A stretch of 64,000 nucleotides of DNA from Eutreptiella sp. 'Long Island Sound 2002'. Lineage: Eukaryota > Protista > Euglenida. Below, piece by piece: positions 1-10,930 of the stretch. The notes below the pieces were generated by a model. It ran no database searches, was not told where the DNA came from, and saw nothing but the letters and a program-made list of their open reading frames with translations. How positions within the stretch are numbered: the first letter of the stretch is position 1; each line of letters opens with the position of its first letter. The stretch covers positions 141,856,001 through 141,920,000 of the forward strand of contig OZ038378.1 in the NCBI GenBank assembly GCA_964036045.1, read 5' to 3'. Both the position numbers and the translations under genes were made by a program.

Positions 1-1
1 C

Positions 2-2548
2 GAGCTGGACAGGCACAACATGGTGTGCAAGCCCACCAAAGCCTCACTCTTCGTGAAGGAAGTGGAGTTCGCGGGTCACGTGGTTGGTCACGGGCAACGC
101 CGTCCCATGCCTGGGAAGCTGGTGTCCCTGCACCACTGGGAGAAGCCCCAGACCATCAGCGAACTCCGATCCTTCATGGGGTTCTGCAACTACTATTCGG
201 GCTATGTCCGGATGTATGCAGAACTGTCGGGGCCGCTGCACAAGATGCTGCAGGTGGGCAAGTTCGATGGCCGGAAGGGGAGCAAGAAGAAGCTTGCCTG
301 GACCCCTGAGGCCGAAGATGCGTTCAGCCGCCTGAAGGAGCGACTCCTGGGGCAGCTGGGGCTATTCTTGGTGGACCCAGACAAGGGATTCGTGCTACGG
401 ACGGACGCCTCGGACTATGCTGTAGGGGCAGTCCTCGAGCAGATCCGGGACGACGGGTCGCACGTACCCGTGGCGTTTTGGAGTCGGATCCTGGCCGAGG
501 GCCAACGCCGCACCTGGACCGCGAGGGAGAAGGAGACGTACGCCATTGTCTGTGCGCTCAGGAAGTGGTCTGGCCACATCGGATTGCAACCGGTGGTGGT
601 TTGTACGGACCATCAGTCCTTGCAGAGCTGGCACAAGGAGCACGTCAACACCCCCTCGGGACCGGCGGCAAGGAGGGCCCGATGGCATGAGACGTTCGCC
701 AAGTTCGACCTCAGCGTCGTATACGTCCCGGGGAAGGACAACACTGTGGCAGATTGCCTCAGTCGATGGGCCTACCCCGCGGGCAAGGCTTGGATGGACA
801 TATCCAGCCATGGGGACGCCGAGGAGACCGAGGAGGCCAAGCGCATCATCGAGATGGAGAAGGCCATGGAGCAAGAGGGGGTCAAGTGCTTTGTGGTGAT
901 GGCAAACCGTACGGACCTGGCCAAGTTCCGGGGCGCCCGAGTCCAAGCAATTCGAGAGGAAACCCTCGAGCAGTGGATGGTGGCCCCTGTAGAGCTAGTC
1001 AGGTCGGTGCTCACAGAGGACTGGTCGGATGACTATGTGGCATCCGACCACTGGAGCAAGTACTGGAATGCCGTGAGCGCCCCGTCGGACGACGAATGGC
1101 CTGAGGGCTTGACCGAGGATGGGGATAAACTGCTCCTCAAGGACAAGCTATTGGTCCCTGAGAACCGAATGGAGGAGCTCATAGACCACTGGCATAACGC
1201 CCAGCTCATGCATCCTGGTCGGGACAGGATGCAGCAGGACCTGGAGTGGCGGTTCAAGTTCCCACCAGGGTACTACGCCCTCCTGGACAAGTACTGCAGC
1301 GACTGCGCCGTGTGTCGGGCCACGAAGAGCCCCAGCCACTCCACGGCGGGCAACCCGGTGTATACGGCTATACCGGAGGCCCCTATGCGGTCCGTGGCAA
1401 TGGATGTATTCGCCATGCCGGAGGTTACCGTGGAAGGAGAGACATACGACTGTGTCATCCTGGCGGTGGATAGGCACAGCGGGTATATCGTGGCGGTCCC
1501 GGGCAAGAAGTCCAAGAAGAGGGACAAGAAGGACAAGCATGGAGTGGGGCTGCAGGCCAAGACCGTCGCTAATGCCATGATCAGGCATTGGCTGACGATT
1601 TTTGATGTCCCAGCTGTCATCTGCAGCGATCGGGGCAGTCAGTTTGTGGGGACGTGGTTCAAGACGATGTGCAAGCACATGGGGATTCGGCACGCCAAGA
1701 CCGTGGCGTACCACAGCCGGTCGAATGGCCGGGCTGAGGTGGCCGGGCGGCAGATGTTCGAAAAGTTCCGCCAGCTGCACATCGACGAACCGGGCCGGAA
1801 TTGGTACAATTCGCTGTGGAGAGTACTCCAGGCGTACCATGACCTTCCGGGACCCACTGGACTGTCGCCCCATCGTATCCTGTTCCTACGGGATCGAGTG
1901 TCACGCACTCTCCCGTGGTTGAACCATGGCAAAGTGGCCCGGGATGCGAACGCTATGATGGCTGAGGCGGACGACACGGCGGCCAAGGTGTGCAAGGCAC
2001 TTCAGGACGAGCATGAGAAGAGGGCCAAGTACTTCAAGCAGGGAAAGGTCCAGAAGTATGCTCTCCAAGACACCGTGTGGGTGGAGCGGCACCACAAGGA
2101 TGTCCTGTCCAGGCATCGGCAGGCGTCCTGGTATGTGCCGGGGGTAATCGTGCGGAAGGTCGGGCAGGATGTGTATGCGGTTCGTGTGGGGGATAACAAG
2201 ATCCTGGACCGCGACCATACCCAGCTTCGTCCCCGAGCACCAGACCCCAGCGGACGTCCCGTCACCTTCGAGTTCACGGCCGGCGATGTGGACTCGGACG
2301 ACGAGGGTGAGGACGACGACTTCACCACCGAGAGAATCCTGGCAGACAAGCCGGACCCGGGGACGCCTGGGGGGAGGCTTTATAAAGTCCGTTGGAAGGG
2401 ATTCGCCGCATCCAGGGATTCGTGGGAGCCTCCGAGCAGCTTTGTGCCGAGGTACACCACGGTCTGGATGGATTATCTGAAGAAAAAGAACATTTCTTTG
2501 GATGTCAAGGACGTGTTGGCCCATTTGGTGGCTGCAGTAGCACCGTAA
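2..2548 (+). CDS. pol: Ty3/Gypsy (chromovirus) Pol polyprotein, 5'-truncated by the window edge: RT end, RNase H, integrase, chromodomain
   Basis: Frame open from base 2. RT tail (FVKEVEFAGHVV); RNase H (LRTDASDYAVGAVL, EKETYAIV, TDHQSL, NTVADCLSR); integrase Zn finger (H..HPG..CSDCAVC); DDE core (AMDVF, CSDRGSQF, NGRAEVA); C-terminal chromodomain (TERILAD..LYKVRWKGF..DSWEP). No internal stops. Confidence 0.96.
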   Translation, partial: ELDRHNMVCKPTKASLFVKEVEFAGHVVGHGQRRPMPGKLVSLHHWEKPQTISELRSFMGFCNYYSGYVRMYAELSGPLHKMLQVGKFDGRKGSKKKLAWTPEAEDAFSRLKERLLGQLGLFLVDPDKGFVLRTDASDYAVGAVLEQIRDDGSHVPVAFWSRILAEGQRRTWTAREKETYAIVCALRKWSGHIGLQPVVVCTDHQSLQSWHKEHVNTPSGPAARRARWHETFAKFDLSVVYVPGKDNTVADCLSRWAYPAGKAWMDISSHGDAEETEEAKRIIEMEKAMEQEGVKCFVVMANRTDLAKFRGARVQAIREETLEQWMVAPVELVRSVLTEDWSDDYVASDHWSKYWNAVSAPSDDEWPEGLTEDGDKLLLKDKLLVPENRMEELIDHWHNAQLMHPGRDRMQQDLEWRFKFPPGYYALLDKYCSDCAVCRATKSPSHSTAGNPVYTAIPEAPMRSVAMDVFAMPEVTVEGETYDCVILAVDRHSGYIVAVPGKKSKKRDKKDKHGVGLQAKTVANAMIRHWLTIFDVPAVICSDRGSQFVGTWFKTMCKHMGIRHAKTVAYHSRSNGRAEVAGRQMFEKFRQLHIDEPGRNWYNSLWRVLQAYHDLPGPTGLSPHRILFLRDRVSRTLPWLNHGKVARDANAMMAEADDTAAKVCKALQDEHEKRAKYFKQGKVQKYALQDTVWVERHHKDVLSRHRQASWYVPGVIVRKVGQDVYAVRVGDNKILDRDHTQLRPRAPDPSGRPVTFEFTAGDVDSDDEGEDDDFTTERILADKPDPGTPGGRLYKVRWKGFAASRDSWEPPSSFVPRYTTVWMDYLKKKNISLDVKDVLAHLVAAVAP

Positions 2549-2931
2549 TGGATCCCCCTTGGCATTTTTGTTTGTTTTTGTTCTTGGGAGACGGGTGAGG
2601 GCGTTCATCCGGGGATTTTTGGGCCTTGATTGGCCGTATACCCCCTTCACTCGATCTGCACATATATATTTCACTGTGGTATACTTATTTAGGTCGACCG
2701 ACGACGTTTTTCTATCTTTGATCCCCTTGGTCCATGTCGTAGATCAAGAGGAGACCGGATATGGCGTAGGGCACTGATTATCAGTGTCCTCACCCCTCCC
2801 ATGGGGCATGGGGGACGCCTACGACGTGTGTGGGGCCTCCATGTGTCCTTGGGACATGGGGGAGGGGGGTTGGAGCCCATTGGGGTCCTCCCGTCCTCTC
2901 TTCAATGACTTCCGAGCGGTAACAACGCTCT

Positions 2932-2942
2932 GAGAAGGGGGG
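2932..2942 (+). promoter_or_regulatory. Polypurine tract of the LTR retrotransposon
   Basis: GAGAAGGGGGG immediately followed by TG (2943), about 380 nt after the pol stop. Confidence 0.7.
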
Positions 2943-3400
2943 TGAAGCCGGTTCGGACCCCCGTGGCCATCTTTGGGTCACTTGGGGTGTGTATCTATGT
3001 GCCGGCAAGCCGCCATTGGCTGATATCATACTCTCCCATTCACATGACCTAACCCGAGGTGATAGTGTGATAGGTTTGGCCATTCCGGCTATGAGCGGCC
3101 ATATTCAGTACCGAGGCGCCGCCAGCTGAGATTTATATATCAGAATATCAGGAATCAACAGGGTTTTTTTATCATAATGTTTCCGTAATTTTTCCGCCTT
3201 CCGTTCTGATTGTCAATGTATCGGCGACTGTCAGTTGGCTCGCGATTTTGCGGTAACCGATTGGTTAACTGTTATTTACAGATATTTTGGCGGAAACCCC
3301 GATGAAGGGTCAGATTTCATCAGTAAAGGGTTCGTTGCTTCCTGTAATAAAACCCAACTTGGTCTTGGCTGAGGTCTATTCCTTGACCCTTGTTCCCATG
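2943..3400 (+). repeat. Probable 3' LTR (right end approximate)
   Basis: Starts TG after the PPT; TATA-like ATTTATATAT at ~3131 and AATAAA at 3346-3351. The 5' LTR is outside the window, so the end cannot be fixed. Confidence 0.55.
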
Positions 3401-5756
3401 GACACTGAAGCACATGCACTGATCCAAATACTCCAAAGCATTTTAGATCACGAGACGTGATCTACAAACATGCCTGTGCAAAACACAGCAAACTGTGCTA
3501 AACATGCCGAAAAATTTACAAAACACTCAGAATATTATAAAACCTAGAAAATTATAAAATCTGTAGATTTTACCTAAGTTTTCTTCATGTCAAGAATTGA
3601 AATCTACGACAATAATCGCGATGCGCGGCTGCCATCTGGCATTTTCCGTCCGCGAATTTAGCGGGCCATTCAGCAGCCCACATTATAATAAAATCGCATA
3701 ATCTACAATAAAATTGAAAACAAAATAGATAAGAGTATCTTCTACATTTGTGGACCCATTACACTTCCGCAATTTTCATATTATACACTCGCAAAATTAA
3801 TCCGATTTTTTCAGACTTGCAGAATCGGATTTTCGACTTCGACATCGCCGCACTCGATATGATGAATCTCGAGTGGTCATACATTTTTCCCCGATCACGA
3901 ATCAACCTTGCTTTTGTTGTGCCCTTCATTTTTCTTGGAGATATAGTCGAAACAAAAGTGATTCGTGAGACCACTTTGAAGAATCATATCTCCGGCTCAC
4001 CGCGAGGAAGACCAATTTCGAGAATTGGGTTGGAACCGCCTTGGTCTCAACTTAATTTAGGAAGCATCAAACGCCTTTGGTGTGTACACATGCCCGGTGT
4101 AGCAAGGGATAATGGCCAAGAGGGTAGAAAGTGGTTTACAACTCTTGGGCCATGCAACCGAATATTTAATTGCGACTTTCGAGTGTACCGCATGAGTGTT
4201 GGTGTTGCATAGAAACTTTCCTTGGGTTCCTACGTACTTTTAACGTGAAGTTATGTCCATGGAGGGGCATGGCATATCATGGTGGGAGCCACTTTTGGAG
4301 GGTATGTGTTATATGCATGGTATGTGCTTCGATATGCTCACGCCCATGTTATATATCTTCGTGTGGCCGAAGAGATGGGGAGCCACACGTGACAAGGGCT
4401 TTGCCCATGTCCCAATTGTGGAATTCAAAGCGCTAGACTAAGTCTACCGCGTATGTATTGCTCATGGTATGTTCGGCAAAGAGATCCATGAGTGCACTCC
4501 CATTTTCATGGGGCATGTAGGTATGAGTGGCGAAGGTATCTCCATGCGCCCGATTGGGGATCCAAGTGGGGGAATTGTTCGCAAATGGTTCCAATCATTT
4601 GTATATTGAACCATGCGCGGATATCATGGGTGAGCATAGAGATATACTATCATGACAACTTTGTATTTGGACATATTTTCATGTTTTTGACCTCAATTTT
4701 TGCTCATTTTTGCGTTTTGTGTACTTACCTGGTCGGCAAACAGCAAGAAGCCTATGGAGAGTCGAACCATGGTATGTTGTTCATATGTTGGCATATGCTT
4801 TGGAGTTGAACACCACCATATGCCGGATCGCGTACTCCATTTGGCTTGGCGCACGAAGGATTACAAGAATTGGTCTCAAGATCATGGGCTGACTTGGGCA
4901 GTGCGTGGCGCCCATATCCGAAGGGGTTTTGAGGGTAAAGTGGGGATGTACATGGGCATTGACCTTTGGTCTCTATCCTCCATGAATACTAGACTTCGAT
5001 TCCATGCATACTTCGAGCCTTCGGATAAGTGGTAACTTCAATTTTGAGCATATATTTGATATAATATGGCCAATATGGTGTGATTTGCCTGATTTTGCCA
5101 TGTTGTGAGGTCATCTTCATGGGGCAGTTCTCCAAGCCCAATCGACTCCAAGTCCAACCAAGGTTATGTCAGGGTAGGGCATGGTCCTGAGTGCCACTCT
5201 AGGCCATGACACGCCACCTCCCCTATTGGGCTAGGATTTATAGGCTTGGGAGGGAACACATTTTTGGGGTTTGTGTAGTGACTTTTGACACATGGCATTT
5301 GGCCATCTTATTTGACTGGGTTCAGGGCATCATGTTAGCGAGTCAAGGGAAGGTCTTGAGTCCAGGGAATGAGGGGTCTATGGTTGTGATTGTGTACGTT
5401 TCCATCTTTCCCCAACTTTGCTTTATTTGTGTTCATATGCCAATTTCAGGGCTTTCCTCTTTGGTGCAATTCTTGTACATGCCCGCCACCGTGAGACAAC
5501 CGGTGTGCTGAACGGAAGCCCGCAGTGTGGATTGGGTTATTGCTGTATTTGTGGGATCAGGTTGCTGTTCAGGGTTGAAGGAGGATTTTATTTTCTATAT
5601 TTTTGGATTTTGGACCCTGGACTTTGAGAAATGCAATCGCTGATCAGGAGCAAGTCAGCAGGGGTGACAGGCGGAAGGGGCACAGCAGGGGCCGGTCGTG
5701 GTAGGGACCTTCTTTAGTGGCAGGGAACCCCAGGTTTTCACTTCCACCATGGACAT

Positions 5757-7877
5757 ATGGTATTCAGGGACCCGGGGCTGGTGCGCCACTTCCACGGCAA
5801 ATTGCATCCAGACGTCTTTTCACAGAACATGAAAAACGCTACGCCCCCCTCCTGGAAAGTGCTGAAAGACCATGTCAACACGGCGTTTGAAGGCATCTTT
5901 CCAAACCTGCCTGACACACGCCAGGACACTGCAGTGGACATGGTCTGTGCGCTGCAAGCTTGTTGCCCGTCCAATTATATGGAAAAAATTCGAACCGCTG
6001 ACAAGCGGGTGTATGCGCCATACATAGAAAAACAACGCAAACTCCTGCCTGATTTTCTTGTCGTCTCCCCCATGGATAAGGCTGTTCAGGTTTTCATCTT
6101 TGCCTGTCACGAGTTCTGGAAACATGTCCACCATGACACCTTTTTTCAGGGTGGTCGCTATCGGGAACTGTTCCGGTTTTCGTCACACAATGACGCTAAC
6201 GTCGCCACGGCATGGAGCCTCATTGACTCAATGTCTTTGTGTGTTTTGGGTAAACCATCTGACCTGTCCAGATCCGTTGGACTGTCCCCACTCTCCAGAG
6301 ACGAGCAGGTGAAGGCTTTCTCCCATCATCGTCAATACCCCTCCTCCTTGAGGCTGAAACATCGTATATCCACACAGGTCGACAGCCAGTTGAAACGCAT
6401 ACGCTCCTCCCTGCCCTCTCCCGCGGCTTGGCCCAGATTGCTCACGCTGGGGTTTTCGCACACACTGTCCGTGGGTGACCTGCGCCATTCGACGCATCCT
6501 CCTGCAGCGTCGACACGCGTTACACGGAGCGCTCGGATTACCCGCAGCAATCGCACCCGACCACCTGCACGCTCACGCGCATGCACACAGACGCCAGCCA
6601 TTGGGCCGCCCCTACCGCACACAGACCGGGTTCAACCCAGTGATGTCCCGTTCTCCGCGCCCCTTTTCAAGCACCCCAAATCGCATCCACTTTCGGTCCG
6701 TGCCCCAACCACACGCCTACTCCCCAAGCACAAATGGCTGGATCATGACACAACAGCAAAAATTAAACTACGGGAGGTGATACAACACCACACACACCCG
6801 TTCCGTCAAACCTTGCGGCACCTGGGACGGGCCCTGACACTCCTGTGGAAATTTGCTGCCCGACAGCCCTCGTCCATCGAAATCATTGCAATGGACCAGC
6901 TGCTTAGCTTCGTTAGATCACACCCACCAGTGACACCCCAGCAAAACTGGACCGAGCTGGACCTGGTTGAGATGTTTCCCAATATACCGCGCCATGAAAT
7001 ACCGAAGTCTGTCGAATTTTTTTGGAAACTGTTTTGCGATGGTAAACCGAAACCGCACCACGACCTGGGTTTTAAAATCCATAAAGCAGGTGTGAAACAG
7101 CTGGACGCGCTCGCACGTAAGTCTGGGGATGCAAGTTTCCATTTTCTGACGTATAATGACCTCATGTGCCTGTTGTCCTGGGACACCCCTTTCAACGACC
7201 GCTTCTCGCATTTTTCCTCTGTGCTGGCCCAAACGACTGGTACACCGATTGGCGGGAGCTGCTCGGCCCAAGTGGCATGCCTCACCCTGCTCCTCTTGGA
7301 AACTAAACTCCGTACACTGCACCCTGACTTCCCGCCGGTGTTGCGCTACCGGGATAACTTTCTTGTGATTCCTGATTCGCCGGACAGTGTCAGTGGATAT
7401 AATATAGACCGTGTCCAGCAAGTCCTGTCTGAAATTTCTGGTATGGAACTAACTGTAGAGGGAGCAGGGCAGTCACTTGACTTCCTGGAATGCACACTCT
7501 CCATCAGTGAAGGAATCCCAGGTGTGTCATTGAAGCAACCAGTTTTCAGTGGGTATGCAGGCATGTCCTCCCCAACTTCCCCAGCAAAATTACTAGATGT
7601 GTTCAGCCCGAATACACCACGCATGCTCCGCTCACTGGTCCCCAATTTGGTAAAAAAGGCAGCCCATTACCGCCTGCCTGCAACAGGGACTCAGTTTGCA
7701 CATAACATCAGCACCATTGCACGTACCTTCCTCGCTAAAGGCTACCCAATAAACTGGTGGAAACACAGTTTACTACGCAAGGCCTCTTCCCTTGATCTGC
7801 AGGGCCCTGCGCGTGCGGGCATCAAGCTCGCGATGACCTCACCCCAGCCGGCAGTGAACGAAGGTCCGACAATGTAG
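5757..7877 (+). CDS. Penelope-like reverse transcriptase without GIY-YIG endonuclease (706 aa)
   Basis: PLE-type motifs in order: VVSPMDKA, LLPKHK..KLREVI, WTELDLVEMFPNIP (motif A), QTTGTPIGGSCSAQVA (QG motif), LRYRDNFLV (motif C), LDFLECTL, thumb with LAKGYP. The ORF ends with no nuclease domain. Confidence 0.82.
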   Translation: MVFRDPGLVRHFHGKLHPDVFSQNMKNATPPSWKVLKDHVNTAFEGIFPNLPDTRQDTAVDMVCALQACCPSNYMEKIRTADKRVYAPYIEKQRKLLPDFLVVSPMDKAVQVFIFACHEFWKHVHHDTFFQGGRYRELFRFSSHNDANVATAWSLIDSMSLCVLGKPSDLSRSVGLSPLSRDEQVKAFSHHRQYPSSLRLKHRISTQVDSQLKRIRSSLPSPAAWPRLLTLGFSHTLSVGDLRHSTHPPAASTRVTRSARITRSNRTRPPARSRACTQTPAIGPPLPHTDRVQPSDVPFSAPLFKHPKSHPLSVRAPTTRLLPKHKWLDHDTTAKIKLREVIQHHTHPFRQTLRHLGRALTLLWKFAARQPSSIEIIAMDQLLSFVRSHPPVTPQQNWTELDLVEMFPNIPRHEIPKSVEFFWKLFCDGKPKPHHDLGFKIHKAGVKQLDALARKSGDASFHFLTYNDLMCLLSWDTPFNDRFSHFSSVLAQTTGTPIGGSCSAQVACLTLLLLETKLRTLHPDFPPVLRYRDNFLVIPDSPDSVSGYNIDRVQQVLSEISGMELTVEGAGQSLDFLECTLSISEGIPGVSLKQPVFSGYAGMSSPTSPAKLLDVFSPNTPRMLRSLVPNLVKKAAHYRLPATGTQFAHNISTIARTFLAKGYPINWWKHSLLRKASSLDLQGPARAGIKLAMTSPQPAVNEGPTM

Positions 7878-8241
7878 GCAAAAATCAGGCGCAAACAAAA
7901 GCCAGTGTGAGTGGGAGTGTAACGTACACTGCATGGTCCCAGGGGCGCCCTGAGCTGCCCAGTACCAACTTGTTGTCGCTACACTCGCACCCTTCTTTGC
8001 ACAGAAACGCCAACGGCATTGTGTCCCCTGTTTTGTTGTCGTGTTGGGCTGAGGATCTTGCGTGTCTCTCCAACTTCGTCCTACAATCCCGGGAACCAAG
8101 CACCAGTCGACGTGCAAGGAAGTTATACACTGTTGTGTTTACTATCACTCTGTTAAACACAACAAACATGTCATTGTGGAAGAACTCAAATCTCAGAATT
8201 TCCATTCCATTGCGTTTGTTGCTCTCTTCTCTAATTGTGTT

Positions 8242-8267
8242 CTTTCTGAGTGTCTATTTTTTTTTCG
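8242..8267 (+). other. Euglenid spliced-leader (SL) exon relic in genomic DNA
   Basis: CTTTCTGAGTGTCTATTTTTTTTTCG matches the euglenid SL as I recall it (ACTTTCTGAGTGTCTATTTTTTTTCG), lacking the 5' A and with one extra T. It is followed by CTT-ATG, not by the GT donor of an SL RNA gene. Confidence 0.88.
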
Positions 8268-8270
8268 CTT

Positions 8271-8942
8271 ATGGAATCAATGTCCACTTGTTGAGTGCTC
8301 GTGGCTTTGGGTTGCTTTAAACAACATCCTTATGTGAGAGTCTAACTTGTAATCGCCAAGGTTCTCAATCACAAAAGAAACAACTACAATGCCCGTGACC
8401 CGACTAAGCTATGCTTTACAAGGATTTACATGGCACATCTAGGGAACCAAAGGGTCCCAAAAATCTGGTACGGTGACTTCTTGTCAACCCACAACCCAAT
8501 CCACATACTAGACCGGACATATGGACCTCCCCCCTCGAAGTACTTTGCACCGGGTGCGCCAAAGGACATACTTGTGGTCCTACATCCCATGACAAATGAC
8601 AAATCCATGTTACATGCATCCACATATATGCAACAACACCTGCACCTTTCACAAGAGTGACAAAAATGCCTCAAACCGACATCTCGATTGGTCGACATTT
8701 GCCGAGTTCGTGGCAAAGTTTCACACTTGGGAACTTTCAGTCTTGTGCTTGCTTTGTTGCTGGCACAAGTGCCTCCACGTAGACAAATTTCGAAAATCCA
8801 AATTACCTCATCACATACGAGCGCAAATGACTTCACCTTGCCACCATCGATGCGCGTCGTGACGAGTAAGACCCGAAGCCTACGATGGGGACATCAAAAC
8901 AAAATGTCACACATAGAGCGAATCCAAGATTCTACTCCCTGA
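8271..8942 (+). pseudogene. Decayed ORF of an SL-headed retrocopy (processed pseudogene or 5' end of a retroelement)
   Basis: ATG 3 nt after the SL. The listed ORFs 8430-8660 and 8688-8942 share this frame, which is broken by three in-frame stops. Product not recognised. Confidence 0.5.
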
Positions 8943-10272
8943 GGGAATAGCCACGAAGTGAGTGACTTGAGATTGTCAACTTTTCACCTTCTACAGTTGC
9001 CAGGATCGTTGTGTGCCAAGCAATATTCTAACCGCATGAATGGCTTCGCTGACCGTCGAGGAGCAAATTTGACCAAGCGATGTTTTTTTGTGATCCTCTT
9101 CTTAGGGAATCTCCCCTGGATGTACTTCTTTGCTTGGAGTTAGTGAAGGGATGGAGCGGACGATGAAGTTCCAAATTAGGAACGTCAGACGAAACGCGAA
9201 GCATGGGACTGAGCTAGAATACATGATGTGAGGATGGAGCACTTGGGGACCATGCATTTTCTACACCTATTACTGAGTCGGTTGCATTACAACTTCGTTA
9301 GCACAATAGGGTGACCGTTGCATGACGCGAAGCGAAGCGAAGCGTGAAGGGGATATTTACTAGAATCTGGTCCACAACCACCACAAGAATGTGAATGATT
9401 TGTGTTCTTATCAAGTTCAATTCTGGAGAGGCTATGAGTCAGTGTAAGCTGTGGAAGATTGGATCAAAACCGTCAAACTTGAAGACGACATATTTCCATT
9501 CAATGGCAGTGAAATGCTAATTAATGGCCAAGCCTATGCGTGGCGTATATTTGTAATAGGTGGCCACATGTGTCTCCATCCATTGCAGGTGCTAATGGCC
9601 CCACCTCCCTGTCCGAAGGCAAGCGAGCACCAGTTGATCCACTTTCCATTGCTTCTCCCCCTATTGCACGCCGTCGTGAACGTAAACCACATCCCCTACC
9701 ACAAGACTGTGGCCCGGGCTTTCCTTTTTTTTCAAAGCTAGGATTGCCTTGAGTGCGTCACCCTAGCTGTTTTTTCAAGGTGGAGCGCAAGGCCACTTTT
9801 CTAGTTTTGCAAACATCTGATGCTCAGGCTCCCAAGTCTCATCCCACGGAACACTGAATTTAAAACTTATTGTGGTGGTTACATCCTTGTTCTTTTGTCT
9901 GCCATCACTGATACCATGCAATGTTTCCTCCATGTGTGCACAACACCAGCAAGCAGCAATAAGCAACAAGCAACAACACAGTAGCAGCAAAAAGCAGCAC
10001 AGCAGCAGCAAATAACGACAACATGCCCGACGGTGCTTCAAGCTATGGTTTGAGCCTAGAGGTGAAGGTCCTTCCCCTAGCGGGTGACCGCTTGTCCTTA
10101 CACTGCATTGTCTAGACAATCACCCAGGGTTGTGCATACAAGGACGGGTGACCTCCCCGCGTCCCTCCGCCCCCCCCTCCCCCCGTCCCCCCCGCGTCCA
10201 AGGCACCAAGTTTGGGCGATTTTGGCATAATCAAAGGAAACACACACCAAACAACCTTTTGTACCAACCGCC

Positions 10273-10428
10273 GTTGTTGTGTTGTGTGTTGTGTGTTGTG
10301 TGTTGTGTTGTGTTGTGTTGTGTTGTGTTGTGTTGTGCTGTGTTGTGTTGTGTTGTGTTGTGTTGTGCTGTGTCATGTTGTGTTGTGTTGTGTTGTGTTG
10401 TGTCATGTTGTGTTGTGTTGTGGTGTGT
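10273..10428. repeat. (GTGTT)n microsatellite
   Basis: Directly visible tandem array; it explains the VLCC and TTQHN pseudo-ORFs. Confidence 0.95.
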
Positions 10429-10930
10429 TTTTTTTGAGGCATGGCGGTCCCCCGCCCAAAGCATTGCATCAAAGCGGCCTAACCATGGGCAAAATGAGCG
10501 TTCATGGTGAGCCGAAGTTCTCCGTTGTGGTGTGTTGTGTTTTGTTGTGTTGCGTTGTGTTTCCTAACAAGCTTTCTATTGCAACAACGAGCCATCGGTG
10601 GCAACACGGAATCGTGGGCCACCTCCTGTACCGGGAAGGAAATTCTGCGCGGTGATGACTGATTGACTCACGATTGATTCATTTGCTCTCATGTTGTTTG
10701 GCTATTGTGCTTTCTCCTTAGCATGCTCGCTCATTGGGGACCCTGCTTGTAGCCCCCCCCCAAGAAGCATTTGGAGGGGGGGCGAATTTTCAGGGGGTTC
10801 AATGCCCTCCCCGCATCCCCCCCGAGTCCCATCCCCGCGTCCCCCCCGCGTCCAGGTCACCCCCTACGATCGTCCTCTCTGCTATTCCTGGTTGGTTTTT
10901 CAAGCTCGCCTCACTATCAGCTGCTCTTGA

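Noticed and set aside
3400-5640. Short ORFs in the AT-rich stretch between the LTR and the RT
   Set aside because: No recognisable motifs, splice pattern or GC-rich codon style.
5600-8240. Hammerhead ribozyme or pseudo-LTR around the Penelope-like RT
   Set aside because: CTGAGGA at ~8049 has no stem II plus GAAA, and no repeat is shared by the two flanks by eye; a covariance search could still find one.
9325-9363. GCGAAGC hairpin followed by CTAG (Helitron-like 3' end)
   Set aside because: Followed by A rather than T, and no matching 5' end identified.
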